IMG/VR virus record: IMGVR_UViG_3300049042_000232 | Span: 1-25,254 of that record | Source of the DNA: a virus | Taxonomy: Duplodnaviria; Caudoviricetes | Direction: 5' to 3' (one strand) | DNA: 25,254 nucleotides | In this document: positions 9,655 through 18,892 of the stretch, in pieces | How positions within the stretch are numbered: position 1 is the first letter of the stretch | How the letters are laid out: every line of letters starts with the position of its first letter | The notes under the pieces: model-generated | Told to the model about the DNA's origin: nothing | Database searches by the model: none | Seen by the model: the letters and a program-made list of their open reading frames with translations, nothing else | Made by a program: the position numbers and the translations under genes

Positions 9655-10238
9655 TGCTGTCAGTTGAAATCAATAAAGACCAATTGGAACGGCTGGCGAC
9701 AGCAACGGCCAGAGCTGGCAAGAAGATGAAGAAGGAACTGGCGGGAGCCATCAATCAGGTCAGCAAGAAAACAAAACTTCAGATGGGGCGAGACATCCGA
9801 AACACGGTCAACCTGAAGAAGGACGAAGCGGAAAAGCCTCTGAGCATTCGAACAGACGCCAGTGAGGGCAGCCTGTTTGCAGTTGTGCAATTGAAGAAAA
9901 CACCACGACTAGGGCTGCGGCATTTTGGAGCACGTCAGGACAAACGCGGAGTCAGTTACAAGATCAGTAAGCAGGGTGGAAGGTCACGAGTTGATGGCGC
10001 GTTTTCAGGACCAACACCGACCATAAGAAAGATGTCGTGGAAAGGAAACGCCTTCAAGCGGACAGGCAAAGGACGTCTTCCAATCGTGCACATCAAAGGC
10101 GTTTCCGCTTACGGGGCCTATGTGAAAAACAAACTGTCAGCGCCGCAGCTTGTGGTGGTGCAGGAAGAACTCATCAAACAGATCGAACGTCGAATCAATC
10201 TCAATATCTTGCGAGCTGAAGGGCTCGTGAAAACATAG
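9654..10238 (+). CDS. Minor tail/neck protein (gpZ-like)
   Basis: 194 aa, very basic, GAF...FKRTGKGRLPI motif typical of lambda gpZ-like proteins. Confidence 0.7.
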   Translation: MLSVEINKDQLERLATATARAGKKMKKELAGAINQVSKKTKLQMGRDIRNTVNLKKDEAEKPLSIRTDASEGSLFAVVQLKKTPRLGLRHFGARQDKRGVSYKISKQGGRSRVDGAFSGPTPTIRKMSWKGNAFKRTGKGRLPIVHIKGVSAYGAYVKNKLSAPQLVVVQEELIKQIERRINLNILRAEGLVKT

Positions 10239-10248
10239 GATCAGACAA

Positions 10249-11175
10249 ATGCCATTGCTTAGACGTCGTGCTGTTTTCGCTGCAGCCATTGAAGCCACCA
10301 TTGGAACGGCCGAAACTCTTGACGGTACTGACGGAGTTTTTAACGCTCGCGATTTTACAATTCAGCCAAACGTCACGATGACACGGCGTGAAGGTCAGGG
10401 CGGTTTCAATTACCTGACCAGCGTTCCAGAGGGTATGACCGGAACTTGCACCATTGTGCATGATCTCACGTACAACGGAACAGACATTCCGACTTGGGCG
10501 AGCGTTCTCCTTCCCGCTTGCGGATGGGTGGATGCATCCGGAACGTTTTCCCCGAAATCCGAAGGACCGGGAAGCAATGTCAAGACGCTGACTATCGGGC
10601 ACTACAAAGACGGCAAGCGGTCTTTGCTCAGTGGTGCGATGGGGACATGGAAAATCGTCTGCCCAACTGGCAAGGTAGCCTACATCGAATTCACGTTCAC
10701 GGGCAAATACAGCAGCAACGAAACCGACACGGCAATCATCGCTCCGACGTATCCAACGGCATCCCCTTTGCGATTCGCGCAGGGTGCGTTGACTTGGAAT
10801 AGCGTGGCACTCTGCACGTCGACACTCGAAGTAGACGCTGGCAACAGCGTCATCATGCGGGAATGTGTCAACGCGTCTGATCGGTCTGGTTACGTGTCGG
10901 CACTGGTGACAAACAGAGCACCGGTTATTACGGCAGACCCTGAATCCGTACTCGTTGCGACGCAGGATCGTGACTCGCTATGGCTGACCAGTTCCGCGCA
11001 GGCGTTGTCGATTCAGGTAGGTGTTTCTGGCTCTTCAATCACCATCGCAGCCCCAAAAGCACAACTGGAAAACAAACAGCAGGGTAACCGCTCTGACATG
11101 ATGGTCGACAACCTGACATGGTTGGCGACACAGGGCAGCAGTGCAGACACCGAGCTGACAATCACATTTGACTGA
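10249..11175 (+). CDS. Major tail tube protein
   Basis: 308 aa S/T/G-rich beta protein upstream of the chaperone and tape measure; ends ELTITFD. Confidence 0.75.
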   Translation: MPLLRRRAVFAAAIEATIGTAETLDGTDGVFNARDFTIQPNVTMTRREGQGGFNYLTSVPEGMTGTCTIVHDLTYNGTDIPTWASVLLPACGWVDASGTFSPKSEGPGSNVKTLTIGHYKDGKRSLLSGAMGTWKIVCPTGKVAYIEFTFTGKYSSNETDTAIIAPTYPTASPLRFAQGALTWNSVALCTSTLEVDAGNSVIMRECVNASDRSGYVSALVTNRAPVITADPESVLVATQDRDSLWLTSSAQALSIQVGVSGSSITIAAPKAQLENKQQGNRSDMMVDNLTWLATQGSSADTELTITFD

Positions 11176-11183
11176 AAGAGTTT

Positions 11184-11552
11184 ATGCCGATCTCACTGGA
11201 ACCGGGTCAGAAGTATCCGATCGTGTTGGAATGCGATCAGGAAAAACCTGAGGCAACACGTCCGACTTTTTACGCGAAATCGCAGTCAATGCGAGGACAG
11301 CAACGGGTAGGAGAAGTTCTCGACCTATGGGCAGAAAATGAAAAACTGACGCTGGCTCAACTATTTGATGCCACAGTAGACGTGCTGACTCAGGTGATTC
11401 TTGGCTGGTCAAACATGGGCGGAATTGAATATTCCGCTGATGCGTTACGTGATGTGCTGACGTTTCAAGAGGCTCGCGAGTTGTTGCGGAAGGTTATGTA
11501 CAACCAACACGTCACACCAGAGGAAAAAAAAAGCTTAGAACCGCAGCCCTGA
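11184..11552 (+). CDS. Tail assembly chaperone (gpG-like)
   Basis: 122 aa acidic, ILGWSNM motif, ends EEKKS over an A9 slippery run. Confidence 0.8.
   Translation: MPISLEPGQKYPIVLECDQEKPEATRPTFYAKSQSMRGQQRVGEVLDLWAENEKLTLAQLFDATVDVLTQVILGWSNMGGIEYSADALRDVLTFQEARELLRKVMYNQHVTPEEKKSLEPQP
11523..11533 (+). other. Programmed -1 ribosomal frameshift site GAAAAAAAAAG
   Basis: The -1 frame is open from the A run (KLRTAALIRGG) directly into ORF 11564..11884. Confidence 0.85.
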
Positions 11553-11884
11553 TACGTGGCGGGATGTTGTGCAGGTCTTGCACTCCGGGGCGGTGCAACA
11601 GTCTGAGCACAGAAGAAAACAAGATTGAAATAGAGTGTCCTGTATGTGATGGCGTCGGCTGCAGCCACTGCACTGACGGAGTGTTTCCGCTGAATGGGTG
11701 CCCTAACGCGTTCTGCGGGAAGATGGTGACGCTGATTGATGTGATTGACCTGTTTGGCAAAGGGCTTCCGCCAGTAGCCGGAGGAACGCTCGATCAGTCA
11801 GTGAGTTTTATTCAGGCCGTCGCGTTCTTCGAAAGCGAAGAAAGAAAAGTTCGTAATGAGCGAAGCAGTCGAAATTCTGATTAA
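11531..11884 (+). CDS. Frameshift extension of the chaperone (gpGT-like), Cys-rich
   Basis: In the -1 frame of the chaperone; CRSC, CPVCDGVGCSHC and CP motifs; precedes the tape measure. Confidence 0.75.
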   Translation, partial: KLRTAALIRGGMLCRSCTPGRCNSLSTEENKIEIECPVCDGVGCSHCTDGVFPLNGCPNAFCGKMVTLIDVIDLFGKGLPPVAGGTLDQSVSFIQAVAFFESEERKVRNERSSRNSD

Positions 11885-13400
11885 AGCCGACGATCAGGCG
11901 TCGCAGAAATTCGCTGAATCCTCAACCAATATGGTTCAGTCCATGAAACGGGCTGAACAGATCCTGAATCAATTGCAGGAACCGGCAGAACGATACGCGA
12001 AGCAACTGGAAGAAATCGAACTGCTGCACAAGTCGGGTGCATTGTCTGCGGAACAATTTGCGGCGGCTCAGACGTCACTCAAAGACAAAATGAGTCAGGC
12101 CGACAACTCCATCAAAGAGGTCGGCGAAAAGACCAAAGTGACGACGGAGTTTGTCGGCAGTCTCGCGGCCATGCTTGGCGGCACCGAGTTTGCTGGCTTC
12201 GCGTCACAGGCTGCAGCGATGACCGAAAAAGTCGGTCAGTTTAGCGAGGTCGCAAATTCAGGCGGAGCCGGTGCGTTAGCGTTTAAGCTTGGCGTTGTCG
12301 GTCTTGCGGCCGGCCTCGGTTCAATGGTTGGCAAGGCACTCGGCGATGTGATTTTCAAAACGAAAGCTTTTGAACGCGAAACACAGCGAGCGAAGCAAGC
12401 CGCAGCCGACTTTGATGAACGCGTCAAATCCCTGCAATCGAACCTGATGCAGCAGGCTCGGGCGGACGTTGAAATCATCAAGGATCCTGAAAAGAAAAAA
12501 GCAGCTTACGCGGCTCTGTTGGAAAAACTCAACAAGGACGTTGAAGGCGTCACGGCTCAGGTTAAAGGATCCGAAAAGGCCGTCGAGGAATGGGCGAATC
12601 GATGGCAGATCACCGGCGATCAGAAAGAGTTTGCAAAGCAGTCTCAGGAACAGTTGGACATTGACAGAGAACGGCTGAAAGCGGTACGAGCCGAACGTGA
12701 CGAAATCCTGCGTCTGACAGGTGCCAGAGAAGCAGAACGCCAGGCAATCGCTGCGGCCAACGAAGCGAAAGAAAATTCTTCGGAGTTTTTGAACGGACTC
12801 AGAGAAGAGATTGAATTGCTAAAAGCCTCGAAGGAAGAACAACTGCAGATCGAAGCCGCACGAAACACAACGACCGAAGATCGCGGCGAAGCAGAAAAAC
12901 TGCTGAAGGAACGTGACGCAATCATTGCGAAGCTGGAAGCAGAAAAAGAACTTGAACAAGAACGACAGCGAGCCGCAGAACAGGCTGTGCAGCAGGCGGA
13001 ACAGGAGCAGCAGCGAGTCAGCGACCTGATTAAGTCAGAACAGGAACGGCTTGAACTGAGAAAGATCGAAATTGAAAAAGGCAAGGAAGCGGCAAAGGTT
13101 CAATCGCTGATCAATCAAGGCGTTGATGAGGCGACGGCAAAAAAGATCGCGGCCGATGAATCGGCTCTGGAACAAATCACACAGAAAGGCTCAAAAAGCC
13201 CTTCGGCGTTGCAGGCCAGCGAGTCACGATTGTTGACGCGAGGCGACAGCGGCGGACCACTCGACAAAACCAACCAAATTCTTGAACGCACGCAGAGACA
13301 CACAGAGGAACTCGCAAAGTTCCAGGCACAGCAACTGGAACAGCAACGACGCATCGCAGAAAACACGTCGAAAACGACGACTGTGACGGTGCCAGTATGA
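11856..13400 (+). CDS. Tape measure protein (short)
   Basis: 514 aa, N-terminal VEILIKADDQAS, A/E/K/Q coiled coil, G/A-rich hydrophobic segments, synteny. Confidence 0.8.
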   Translation: MSEAVEILIKADDQASQKFAESSTNMVQSMKRAEQILNQLQEPAERYAKQLEEIELLHKSGALSAEQFAAAQTSLKDKMSQADNSIKEVGEKTKVTTEFVGSLAAMLGGTEFAGFASQAAAMTEKVGQFSEVANSGGAGALAFKLGVVGLAAGLGSMVGKALGDVIFKTKAFERETQRAKQAAADFDERVKSLQSNLMQQARADVEIIKDPEKKKAAYAALLEKLNKDVEGVTAQVKGSEKAVEEWANRWQITGDQKEFAKQSQEQLDIDRERLKAVRAERDEILRLTGAREAERQAIAAANEAKENSSEFLNGLREEIELLKASKEEQLQIEAARNTTTEDRGEAEKLLKERDAIIAKLEAEKELEQERQRAAEQAVQQAEQEQQRVSDLIKSEQERLELRKIEIEKGKEAAKVQSLINQGVDEATAKKIAADESALEQITQKGSKSPSALQASESRLLTRGDSGGPLDKTNQILERTQRHTEELAKFQAQQLEQQRRIAENTSKTTTVTVPV

Positions 13401-14251
13401 GCGCTCAGAGCGTCACGCAAATGTGGAGTAAACGCGGCGGGCAGTTTTCCTCAGAAAACTTTTCGCTGTTCTCTGCCAAGTACCAGTTCACCGAAGCGTT
13501 CATGGTTGTCGCGGAAATCGGTGACGATGCATTGACCGTAACAAGTGCTGTTGGAATTCCCGCACTCGGTGAACAGCATCCTAGCGGCGCGTGGAGTTTC
13601 GCGAAAAATTTTAATCCGCAGCAAATCGGCCCGATTACTTGGATTGTCACTGTCGGGTACGAAGGCCCAACCAATCCGGAGTTTGAATCCGAAGTAGTCG
13701 ACGTCGAATGGACGGACACAACGTCAACCGAACCGATCGACCGTGATTACAACGGCAGGGCTATCGTCACTGTCAACGGTGAAAAGGTTGAGGGTCTGAC
13801 GATGGAGATTTCCGATCAGGTTTGTGTGATTCGCAGGCGATTTTCAAACATCAACACGAAGGCGATTGCAGCGTATCGACACGCGACTAATTCCGACACG
13901 TTTCTTGGTTGGCCTCCCGGAACGGCTCGCCTTGTTGGATTCTCTGCCAAAAACCAGTTTTCTTACGGCAGCGTGAATGAAGGCTGGGACGTGACCGCTC
14001 GATTTCAGTTTCGTGAAGGTCTGGCCGGGGCCACTAACGCGCAGGCGTGGTACAAGCGATGGAGGCACGAAGGATATTACGTCAAGGTCGGTTCAGTCGT
14101 AAGAAGGGCCACTGACTCGCAGTCTGTGGATACAGCAAAACCAGTTTTGCTGAAAGCCGATGGAACTCAGGAAACGAACCCGGACAACGCGGTTTTTTAT
14201 TACACGCAGATTTACGGCTCGCTGCCTTATTCGGCATTGGGCCTTGTTTGA
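13397..14251 (+). CDS. Tail tip/distal tail protein candidate
   Basis: 284 aa, ATGA-coupled to the tape measure; positional call. Confidence 0.5.
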   Translation: MSAQSVTQMWSKRGGQFSSENFSLFSAKYQFTEAFMVVAEIGDDALTVTSAVGIPALGEQHPSGAWSFAKNFNPQQIGPITWIVTVGYEGPTNPEFESEVVDVEWTDTTSTEPIDRDYNGRAIVTVNGEKVEGLTMEISDQVCVIRRRFSNINTKAIAAYRHATNSDTFLGWPPGTARLVGFSAKNQFSYGSVNEGWDVTARFQFREGLAGATNAQAWYKRWRHEGYYVKVGSVVRRATDSQSVDTAKPVLLKADGTQETNPDNAVFYYTQIYGSLPYSALGLV

Positions 14252-14263
14252 GGAATAAACACG

Positions 14264-14908
14264 ATGGCATTGTCGACAGATACATTGAACGTGTCAGGGA
14301 ACGCGACGTTTCGCGGTACTGTGAGTGTCCCTAACAACGGAATCGCAGCACAGACACGCGACACGATTCTTGTGCAGGATTCATCGATTCGGTTTCCGGT
14401 GAATCTAACAACTCTCAGGATCTGGGACGCATTTCACACGAATCTGCCGGGCACTGCCGCAACAGACGATCTGGCGTTAATCGGAGGAACGTTCGGCACT
14501 GTTCCTCCACTGATTCAGGCAGGAGACCTAAAGGCGGCCGGAGCCACAACTCGCTACGCTCGATTCAGTTTCACGCTGCCTGAATGTTACGATGAAGGCG
14601 AGACGGTCGCACTGATCCTTTCGGCAGGCATGAAAACCACGATCGCTGACACCAGTTGCACTGTTGACGTGGAGTGTTACCGACACGACAAAATCAGCGG
14701 CATCAGTGCAGACCTGTGTGCTACAGCGTCACAATCCATCAACAGCCTGACGTTCGCTGATAAGTCGTTTACGATCACGCCGACATCACTTGAAAAGGGC
14801 GATGTTTTGGACATCAGGATCGCTATCGCCTGCAACGACGCGGCAACCGCCACCGCAGTCACACCAACGATTGCCAATATCGACTTTGCAATCGACATCA
14901 AAGGTTGA
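14264..14908 (+). CDS. Virion structural protein, beta-rich
   Basis: GAGGA RBS; T/A/D-rich 214 aa in the tail module. Confidence 0.5.
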   Translation: MALSTDTLNVSGNATFRGTVSVPNNGIAAQTRDTILVQDSSIRFPVNLTTLRIWDAFHTNLPGTAATDDLALIGGTFGTVPPLIQAGDLKAAGATTRYARFSFTLPECYDEGETVALILSAGMKTTIADTSCTVDVECYRHDKISGISADLCATASQSINSLTFADKSFTITPTSLEKGDVLDIRIAIACNDAATATAVTPTIANIDFAIDIKG

Positions 14909-14913
14909 TTGAT

Positions 14914-15285
14914 ATGCCAGAAATCGGCGGTTTCACACCTGAGCAGGCAAGAGCGCTTTGGCAGGACTACCAGAGACGGCAGGGGATTCCGACCGATTCA
15001 AACGTCAGCATCGGACCACAACGAGGTTTTCAGCGGCCGATTGCGGTTATTCTCGATGCGGCCTTGGATGTGGCAACGCATGCTCTGACAGGTGCCACCA
15101 GTTGTCTGGCAACGCGTTGCGACTGGTCAATAACCGACACCGAATACACCGAAACCACACAGCAAATCACCGTCTGGAACCACAGCGAATCAGACTCCTA
15201 CGAAGCGGACACTTTCGGAAAAGCCGAATGGATTGACGGGCACTGGTGGTTCTTCGGCGATTGCGGCCCGATGGCAGCAAGGTGA
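14914..15285 (+). CDS. Hypothetical tail-module protein
   Basis: ORF fills the gap between neighbours; ATG 14914 preferred over TTG 14905; ends WIDGHWWFFGDC. Confidence 0.55.
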   Translation: MPEIGGFTPEQARALWQDYQRRQGIPTDSNVSIGPQRGFQRPIAVILDAALDVATHALTGATSCLATRCDWSITDTEYTETTQQITVWNHSESDSYEADTFGKAEWIDGHWWFFGDCGPMAAR

Positions 15286-15293
15286 GGTGAGCG

Positions 15294-16511
15294 ATGGCGT
15301 TTAAGGTCTGCTGTAGTTGTGGCCTGGCAATATTTCGTAGACCCGCTGTTGACGGTACGGCATTAAATAGTGATACCAGCGTGTCAGGATACGACCACAC
15401 ATGGACAGCTGGTGCGTCCGGACTACCGTTCGTTGATGTTCAGTTATACGGCGCGAGTGTCACGAGTTCTGATTTATACTCTTCATCCGGTGGTTTCTTT
15501 TACGAACTGAAAACAAAGCCGTTCAGATGGTCGTTTGGCGGATATGCCGGCGAACATTTATACGTGTCGGATGTGTGCCATCGGTATCACGCTCAAAACA
15601 GTTCTATAGGCCCTACAACATCGGGGCATTTCAACGAAATCAAAGTCAAAGAGATTCGTGTTGTGCCTCCTGCTGCCGCGCTTGCTGGGACTGGTGGAAC
15701 ATTGCAGTTGGCTCAAATCGCTTATGCTAGGGTATGGGTTGATTCTGTTGACGTCACTGGAATTGTATCGGTATTTGAATCGATTCCAACATCGATGTCC
15801 GACCTATTACAAATGCTTGTGATTCCGCTCGGTAGTGAAATTCTTATGAGCGGGTTGAGTATCGATATCGATTTTTGGTTTTTGGTACGCACTCGCTTTG
15901 CGTCAGCAATAACGTCTGGATCTCAGCAGTTGATGAGTGTGTCCACGACAGCATATCCGCACAACGGGACCAATGTTCTCGGAATGCTGTATGTCCAACG
16001 AACAGCCGGAACACATCGCACAATCACATGCGCATTTGATCGCCAAGGCCCAGGCGGTACAACTACCCTGACTTTGTCTCCTCAAAGTGGATGGAGTTAC
16101 ACAAAAACGAAAACACATGTGGAAATGGTGCACACTTCCAGCGGAGACAAAATAAGCTGGTACTACTCCGAGGAGGTCCCGTATTTGCTGGTGTATCGTG
16201 TCGCCGCCACAAACAAGCCTTCTAGCGCATATCCTCCGACGTGTAAATACGTTCCACAGGGTGGAGCAACCTTCAACACACTGTGGAAGCATTCCGTAAC
16301 CGGCACCATATCTCCGATCTGGGAAAACACGGCGAGGGATATGTGGGATCCATCCGTCTCAGCAGTGTTTGTCAATGAATCGCGTGCAACGACTGGTGCA
16401 AACACAAGGTTGCATAACTGGTTTTACCCATATACGGCGGCATTTGGTGGCGCTAACGAGAACTCAGACACTTATGAGGATTTCCCGATAGAAATCACCG
16501 TCACAACCTGA
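15294..16511 (+). CDS. Putative receptor-binding/tail fibre protein
   Basis: GAGGTG RBS; N-terminal CCSC; S/T/G/aromatic-rich; last gene of the tail block; more A/T-ending codons by eye. Confidence 0.45.
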   Translation: MAFKVCCSCGLAIFRRPAVDGTALNSDTSVSGYDHTWTAGASGLPFVDVQLYGASVTSSDLYSSSGGFFYELKTKPFRWSFGGYAGEHLYVSDVCHRYHAQNSSIGPTTSGHFNEIKVKEIRVVPPAAALAGTGGTLQLAQIAYARVWVDSVDVTGIVSVFESIPTSMSDLLQMLVIPLGSEILMSGLSIDIDFWFLVRTRFASAITSGSQQLMSVSTTAYPHNGTNVLGMLYVQRTAGTHRTITCAFDRQGPGGTTTLTLSPQSGWSYTKTKTHVEMVHTSSGDKISWYYSEEVPYLLVYRVAATNKPSSAYPPTCKYVPQGGATFNTLWKHSVTGTISPIWENTARDMWDPSVSAVFVNESRATTGANTRLHNWFYPYTAAFGGANENSDTYEDFPIEITVTT

Positions 16512-16573
16512 AAGCATTAGGACCGTCATTGATTACGCCCTGGCACCATGCAGGCACCAACGCAGCACCGGGA

Positions 16574-16600
16574 GAGCCGGCGGGGAAACCCGCTCGGCTC
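16574..16600. terminator. GC-rich hairpin between the convergent late operon and cassette array
   Basis: GAGCCGGCGGG-GAAA-CCCGCTCGGCTC; weak U tract (GCTGTGTTT) on +. Confidence 0.6.
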
Positions 16601-16653
16601 GCTGTGTTTATCGGGATATCACTTTGCGCGTGATATTTCGTATCACGGAGCGA

Positions 16654-16673
16654 CGGATAATTCAAAGTTAGCC
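16654..16673 (+). other. attI-like recombination site
   Basis: CGGATAA-TTCAAA-GTTAGCC has the same TAA-6 bp-GTT spacing as the attI1 simple site (GCCCTAA-AACAAA-GTT); GTTAGCCC complements GGGCTAAC of the first attC; no attC hairpin upstream. Confidence 0.6.
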
Positions 16674-17363
16674 CTCAGAATCAAAACACAAAACACCCTG
16701 CCGCAACCGCTCGACTGCGATCCGGCAATACTCCACATTGATCTCGATCCCGACCGCCCGAAGCCCAAGCAGTTTAGCGGCAACCAGCGTCGTGCCGCTC
16801 CCCATGAACGGGTCCAACACACTCTTTGCTTCAGGAACCAATCCGATGCACCACTTCATCAGTACCAACGGTTTTTGTGTCGGGTGAACCTTCCGTGGCT
16901 GCCCTCCGTTGTATTCCTCAATTCGCCCCATTCGAAACATCCGGGTTGGTAGTTCGATCGTTGTCCACGCCATTTCAAAATGTCCGCTCGTGTGCTCCTG
17001 CTTCTTGTCCCAGGCCAACCAGCATCGTACCGGCGGCAATGCGTAGTAGTTTCCGCCCCAAATGACTGATGTGTTCGCTGTGTCCACCGCTTGGTCAATT
17101 AACATCTGCGGCACAGTCGTCTTGTCCCATGTGTTTGCCTTGCCCATCATGCGCCCCCACAACGGGTCGCTCTCAGAAGACACAATCTTGTTGCCCAGCC
17201 CATACGGTGGGTCGGTCAGCAGTAGGTCAAACTTCCCCAGCGTCGGCAGCACGTCCCGGCAGTCGGCGTTGTAAATCGTAATCCCGTCCCGGTCGTAAAA
17301 GGGAACAATCGGGCTAACAATGGGTTCAACCGGAGTTGCGGTCATGCCGTTTTCTGCTTTCAT
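16668..17363 (-). CDS. Cassette 1: beta-class DNA methyltransferase (DPPY, likely N6-adenine)
   Basis: DLLLTDPPYG, HPTQKP, VLDPFMGSGTT; start inside attC1, stop in the GTTA core. Confidence 0.92.
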   Translation of the reverse strand: MKAENGMTATPVEPIVSPIVPFYDRDGITIYNADCRDVLPTLGKFDLLLTDPPYGLGNKIVSSESDPLWGRMMGKANTWDKTTVPQMLIDQAVDTANTSVIWGGNYYALPPVRCWLAWDKKQEHTSGHFEMAWTTIELPTRMFRMGRIEEYNGGQPRKVHPTQKPLVLMKWCIGLVPEAKSVLDPFMGSGTTLVAAKLLGLRAVGIEINVEYCRIAVERLRQGVLCFDSEG

Positions 17364-17402
17364 AGTCGTTCGTCCGCAACCCGGTTAACCCAAGCGTTCG
17401 CT
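17312..17402 (+). repeat. attC site 1 (91 bp)
   Basis: GGCTAAC-AATGG-GTTCAACC...GGTTAAC-CCAAGC-GTTCGCT; unpaired C and A on the top strand. Confidence 0.92.
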
Positions 17403-17404
17403 GC

Positions 17405-17728
17405 CTACTGGAACCCTGCTTCTTTGATCGAATCGATTGTCTCTTGCACGTGCTCACTAAACTCCCGATCGTCGGTACACAAGACGCAAGGCAAGTCCTC
17501 TGGCACATGATGACCAACTGAACCAACCTCGAAATCATCGTTGTGCCAGATCCAAATAGTTTCTCCAATACTAGGCACCCTTGCGAACCGGCAGACTTTC
17601 GTGAATAACTGGAACCCTCGCCTATGTTCACGCTTGAATCTCAGTGTCACCATCACTGGCAGTGAACAATGCGATGAACCCGAGTTCGCTACGTCTGCCG
17701 CTTCGGTTGTGTTTGCCGCTTCAGTCAC
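17405..17728 (-). CDS. Cassette 2: hypothetical protein
   Basis: GTG 17728 after AAGGGG RBS in the attC2 loop; contains RVPSIGETIWI. Confidence 0.7.
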   Translation of the reverse strand: MTEAANTTEAADVANSGSSHCSLPVMVTLRFKREHRRGFQLFTKVCRFARVPSIGETIWIWHNDDFEVGSVGHHVPEDLPCVLCTDDREFSEHVQETIDSIKEAGFQ

Positions 17729-17792
17729 GTTTGATCCCCTTTGAAAGTTGCCCCACATTCACCGCGAACACGGGTTATCGCTGTCGTTAGCA
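17661..17792 (+). repeat. attC site 2 (132 bp)
   Basis: AGTGAAC-AATGC-GATGAACC...GGTTATC-GCTGTC-GTTAGCA. Confidence 0.85.
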
Positions 17793-17795
17793 GGA

Positions 17796-18137
17796 CTAAA
17801 CCAGCTCGATCTGTGTGTAGCCGATTCGCCTTGCCCATTTGCGATCACCAACCATGATGTCGCCACTTCCGCCCCATATTTCCGTGTCGATCATTCCGGC
17901 CAACGCAGCCGGATCAACTGTCGGAGGGTTCACTATCGTCAACACCGATTGTCCAGCCGCGCCACCTCGCTCACGGGGTTCCAGTTTCAACCGCACCTTC
18001 GGCTTGTCCTTCGTCGCACCGTGGCAACTGGGGCAGTCGTCCCAGCTTGACTCCGGGTCTTTACCGCCACCGTTGCAGGTATCGCAATGCTCTGGGGCAA
18101 TCACTGTCACCGCTGCTATTCGTGCATCAATACTCAT
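17796..18137 (-). CDS. Cassette 3: CxxCxGxG zinc-finger protein
   Basis: CDTCNGGG...CPSCHG; fills the cassette between attC2 and attC3. Confidence 0.75.
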   Translation of the reverse strand: MSIDARIAAVTVIAPEHCDTCNGGGKDPESSWDDCPSCHGATKDKPKVRLKLEPRERGGAAGQSVLTIVNPPTVDPAALAGMIDTEIWGGSGDIMVGDRKWARRIGYTQIELV

Positions 18138-18145
18138 ACAAAGCC

Positions 18146-18236
18146 TGCTAACAATGCGGTGAACGCGAGTTGCCGTTCACGCTGGTTTGAAATTGAAAAT
18201 CTTTTGGCGGCAACCGCGTTACCGCACGCGTTATGC
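18146..18236 (+). repeat. attC site 3 (91 bp)
   Basis: TGCTAAC-AATGC-GGTGAACG...CGTTACC-GCACGC-GTTATGC. Confidence 0.9.
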
Positions 18237-18238
18237 TG

Positions 18239-18457
18239 CTACTTCCTGCAGGCTGTTTTTGCGGCATCAGTGGCCGCCTTGACCTTCGTTTTCTCGTAAT
18301 CATTCAACCACAGTTCATCGTCTTCGTTTGTCGATTGCCCGACACCAAATTCTTTCTTCAGCCGATTCCACGCACAGCATTCGTTGATCATCACACCGTG
18401 GTGCAGGATATATTTCCTCATCCGGATAAGATCCGCCCTGATTTCGTCTCGATCCAC
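18239..18457 (-). CDS. Cassette 4: small hypothetical protein (paralogue of cassette 7)
   Basis: AGGAG RBS and GTG start; HHG...ECCAW.RLKKEF motif shared with 19776..19961. Confidence 0.85.
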   Translation of the reverse strand: MDRDEIRADLIRMRKYILHHGVMINECCAWNRLKKEFGVGQSTNEDDELWLNDYEKTKVKAATDAAKTACRK

Positions 18458-18480
18458 GTTGAACTCCTATGGTCCGCACC

Positions 18481-18570
18481 AGCGAACAATGCGGTCAACC
18501 GGAGCCCGCTACTTGCTCGCTTGAAAATTGAAAATCGTTTCAGCGGTCCCGGTTACCGCTGGCGTTACTT
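18481..18570 (+). repeat. attC site 4 (90 bp)
   Basis: AGCGAAC-AATGC-GGTCAACC...GGTTACC-GCTGGC-GTTACTT. Confidence 0.88.
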
Positions 18571-18783
18571 TGACTGATTGTGTTGTCGAATTGCCGCTTC
18601 GATGTGCATCAGCGTTCCGACTTGCTGCGACATCAGATCAATCTGCCTGTCCCACTGCTCTTTGACTTCCTGTCTGCCCTTGCTGTCTTTCAACTGCACA
18701 ATCACAGCCACACACACCAAAACCGTCATTGCACCGCCAATGAACGCGGCCCCACAAATAAAACTCAATATCACTGAATCCAT
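18565..18783 (-). CDS. Cassette 5: small single-pass membrane protein
   Basis: AGGAGAGG RBS; hydrophobic N-terminal ~30 aa then coiled tail; stop in the GTTA core. Confidence 0.8.
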   Translation of the reverse strand: MDSVILSFICGAAFIGGAMTVLVCVAVIVQLKDSKGRQEVKEQWDRQIDLMSQQVGTLMHIEAAIRQHNQSK

Positions 18784-18801
18784 GATCCTCTCCTAAAAGC
18801 A

Positions 18802-18892
18802 AAGTAACAACAAAATGCACATGAGCAGCGGGCGATGGTTTCTCACATGGCAACGCTGTCTGGCCGCTGCCATGTGATTTTGAGCGTTAGCC
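18802..18892 (+). repeat. attC site 5 (91 bp)
   Basis: AAGTAAC-AACAA-AATGCACA...TGTGATT-TTGAGC-GTTAGCC. Confidence 0.9.

Noticed and set aside
15294-16511. Diversity-generating retroelement target
   Set aside because: No reverse transcriptase and no template/variable repeat pair seen in the window.
16512-16666. Integron integrase next to the attI-like site
   Set aside because: Only ~155 bp separate the tail gene from the core, and no ORF in the window shows tyrosine-recombinase R-H-R-Y motifs.
16600-16673. A tenth attC at the left edge
   Set aside because: No AAC inverse core or matching L'' box upstream; fits an attI-like simple site better.
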